Positions 62,675 through 64,000 of a stretch of 64,000 nucleotides of DNA are shown piece after piece. Position 1 is the first letter of the stretch. Each line of letters begins with the position of its first letter. This DNA is from Callorhinchus milii. Lineage: Eukaryota. The stretch spans positions 103,542,001-103,606,000 of the forward strand of contig NW_024704743.1 in the NCBI RefSeq assembly GCF_018977255.1, in the 5' to 3' direction. A program made the position numbers and the translations under genes. The notes under the pieces are model-generated. The model made no database searches and was not told where the DNA came from. It saw only the letters and a list, made by a program, of their open reading frames with translations.

Positions 62675-62942
62675 TGCCTTTTCAAGTAGACATTAAAGAT
62701 GAGATCTTGTGATCTCTTGGATGTTAAACATCTAACTGGAATAAGAAGAGATTCTACAGCCCTGTCCAACAACTCTCCAGATTAATTGTTCGTTCAACTC
62801 ATCGCTCTTTGTGGGACTTTGCGTGTGCAAAATGGCTGTCGCAATTACGTACACAAACAGTCAATACACTTGACGGTAATTACCTTTGAAGTGCTTTAAG
62901 ATGGTTCAACATGATAAAATGCTATAAAATTGCAAGTTCTTG
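62675..62942 (+). mobile_element. Degraded Deu-domain SINE
   Basis: GACATTAAAGAT...TTTGTGGGACTTTGCGTGTGCAAAATGGCTG...tail. Confidence 0.7.
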
Positions 62943-63579
62943 CTTTCTTTTAATCTCAGTAGGAACAATTCGATGTTTATGTCCCTTCCTTACTGGTCCA
63001 TCTGGCAGATTCTCAAAGATTGCTGACTGCTGCAGTTGCAAACTTGCCTGCTGGTTCATGCTGATATCAGCCTATTGGTTACTTTGCTGAGTAAACTTAC
63101 TGTTACCAGAAAACTTGCTCTCCCCATTCCCTACTTTTTCTCTTCCATCTGAACAAGTTGTTCCCACCATTATAAGTCACTGTTGTTAGTTTGGTAGAGT
63201 AAGCTCCTGGGACGGTTCAGTAGTACATCTCTCTCAGGAGACCAGCCTGCAGTGCTGGATCTAGGCTTGTCTTGGATATATATATTGTAGGCACTGAAGT
63301 GTGTGTTAATTTCAGTTGATGTAGCATCTTTCATGTCAGGAGAATATCTCAAACTGCTTCACAGGATTTACTGTAAAATATAGTTACTGTATTTTGGAGG
63401 TGATAATAAAGGGAGGAGAAAGAATGTTTAACATATATGTAGGGAGGAGCAAGATAGGGTATTTTCCAGCAGCAATGATCACAAATTCACCAACATTTGT
63501 TGGTAAACTAGAGAAAAACAAGATAGAGTGCAATGGAGCAAGAGATGGCAAAAGGTTCACACTCAGATTACAAACATTT

Positions 63580-64000
63580 TAGAACACATTAGAATATACA
63601 GCACAGAAACAGGCTGTTCGGCCCAACTGGTCTATGCTGTGTTTATGCTCCACATGAGCCTCCACCTGCCTTCCTCAACTAAGCCTTCAAGCATAACCTT
63701 CTATTCCTTTCTACCTCATGTACCTATCTAGCTTTCCCTTAAATACATCTATGCTATTTGCCTCAACAACTCCTTGTGGTAGCATGTTCCACATTCCTAC
63801 TATTCTCTGTGTGAAGAAATTTCTTCTAACTTCCCTATTTGATCTACTTGTGACTATTTTATATTGATGGTCCCTGGTTTTGGTTTTGGTCTCCCCCACA
63901 AATGGGAACATTTTCCCTATGTCTACCCTATCAAAACCTTTCATCATTTTAAAGACCTCTATCAGGTCACTCCTTACCCTCCTCTCTTCAAGAGAAACAA
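63580..64000 (-). mobile_element. CR1 LINE 3' end, continues beyond window
   Basis: MMKGFDRVD..KMFPFVGE...RRNFFTQRIVGMWNMLP peptide; CR1 3' UTR. Confidence 0.92.

Overview
AT-rich vertebrate genomic DNA, most likely a cartilaginous fish, possibly a holocephalan. This is inferred from the repeat content: Deu-domain SINEs, CR1 and L2 LINEs, and Penelope remnants. The window looks like a long intron or gene desert. I could not recognise any host protein-coding exon or RNA gene, and the longer ORFs in the track are decayed retrotransposon ORF2 pieces or their antisense shadows. Supported content: one CR1 covering essentially all of ORF2 (2371-5710), many 5'-truncated CR1 and L2 ends, a young tRNA-Ala-headed SINE family, an older Deu-type SINE family, Penelope remnants, a probable solo LTR with a 39-bp tandem array, and an unclassified three-copy repeat. 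The most interesting observations are a modular CORE-like/Deu/L2-tail SINE, repeated insertion into one short segment of the SINE, a fold-back Penelope insert with a 12-bp TSD, a palindromic ETS/CRE-like repeat, a local 79-bp inverted duplication, and several + strand microexon or recursive-splice candidates. I cannot claim a new biological system from sequence alone. Boundaries of old repeats are approximate.
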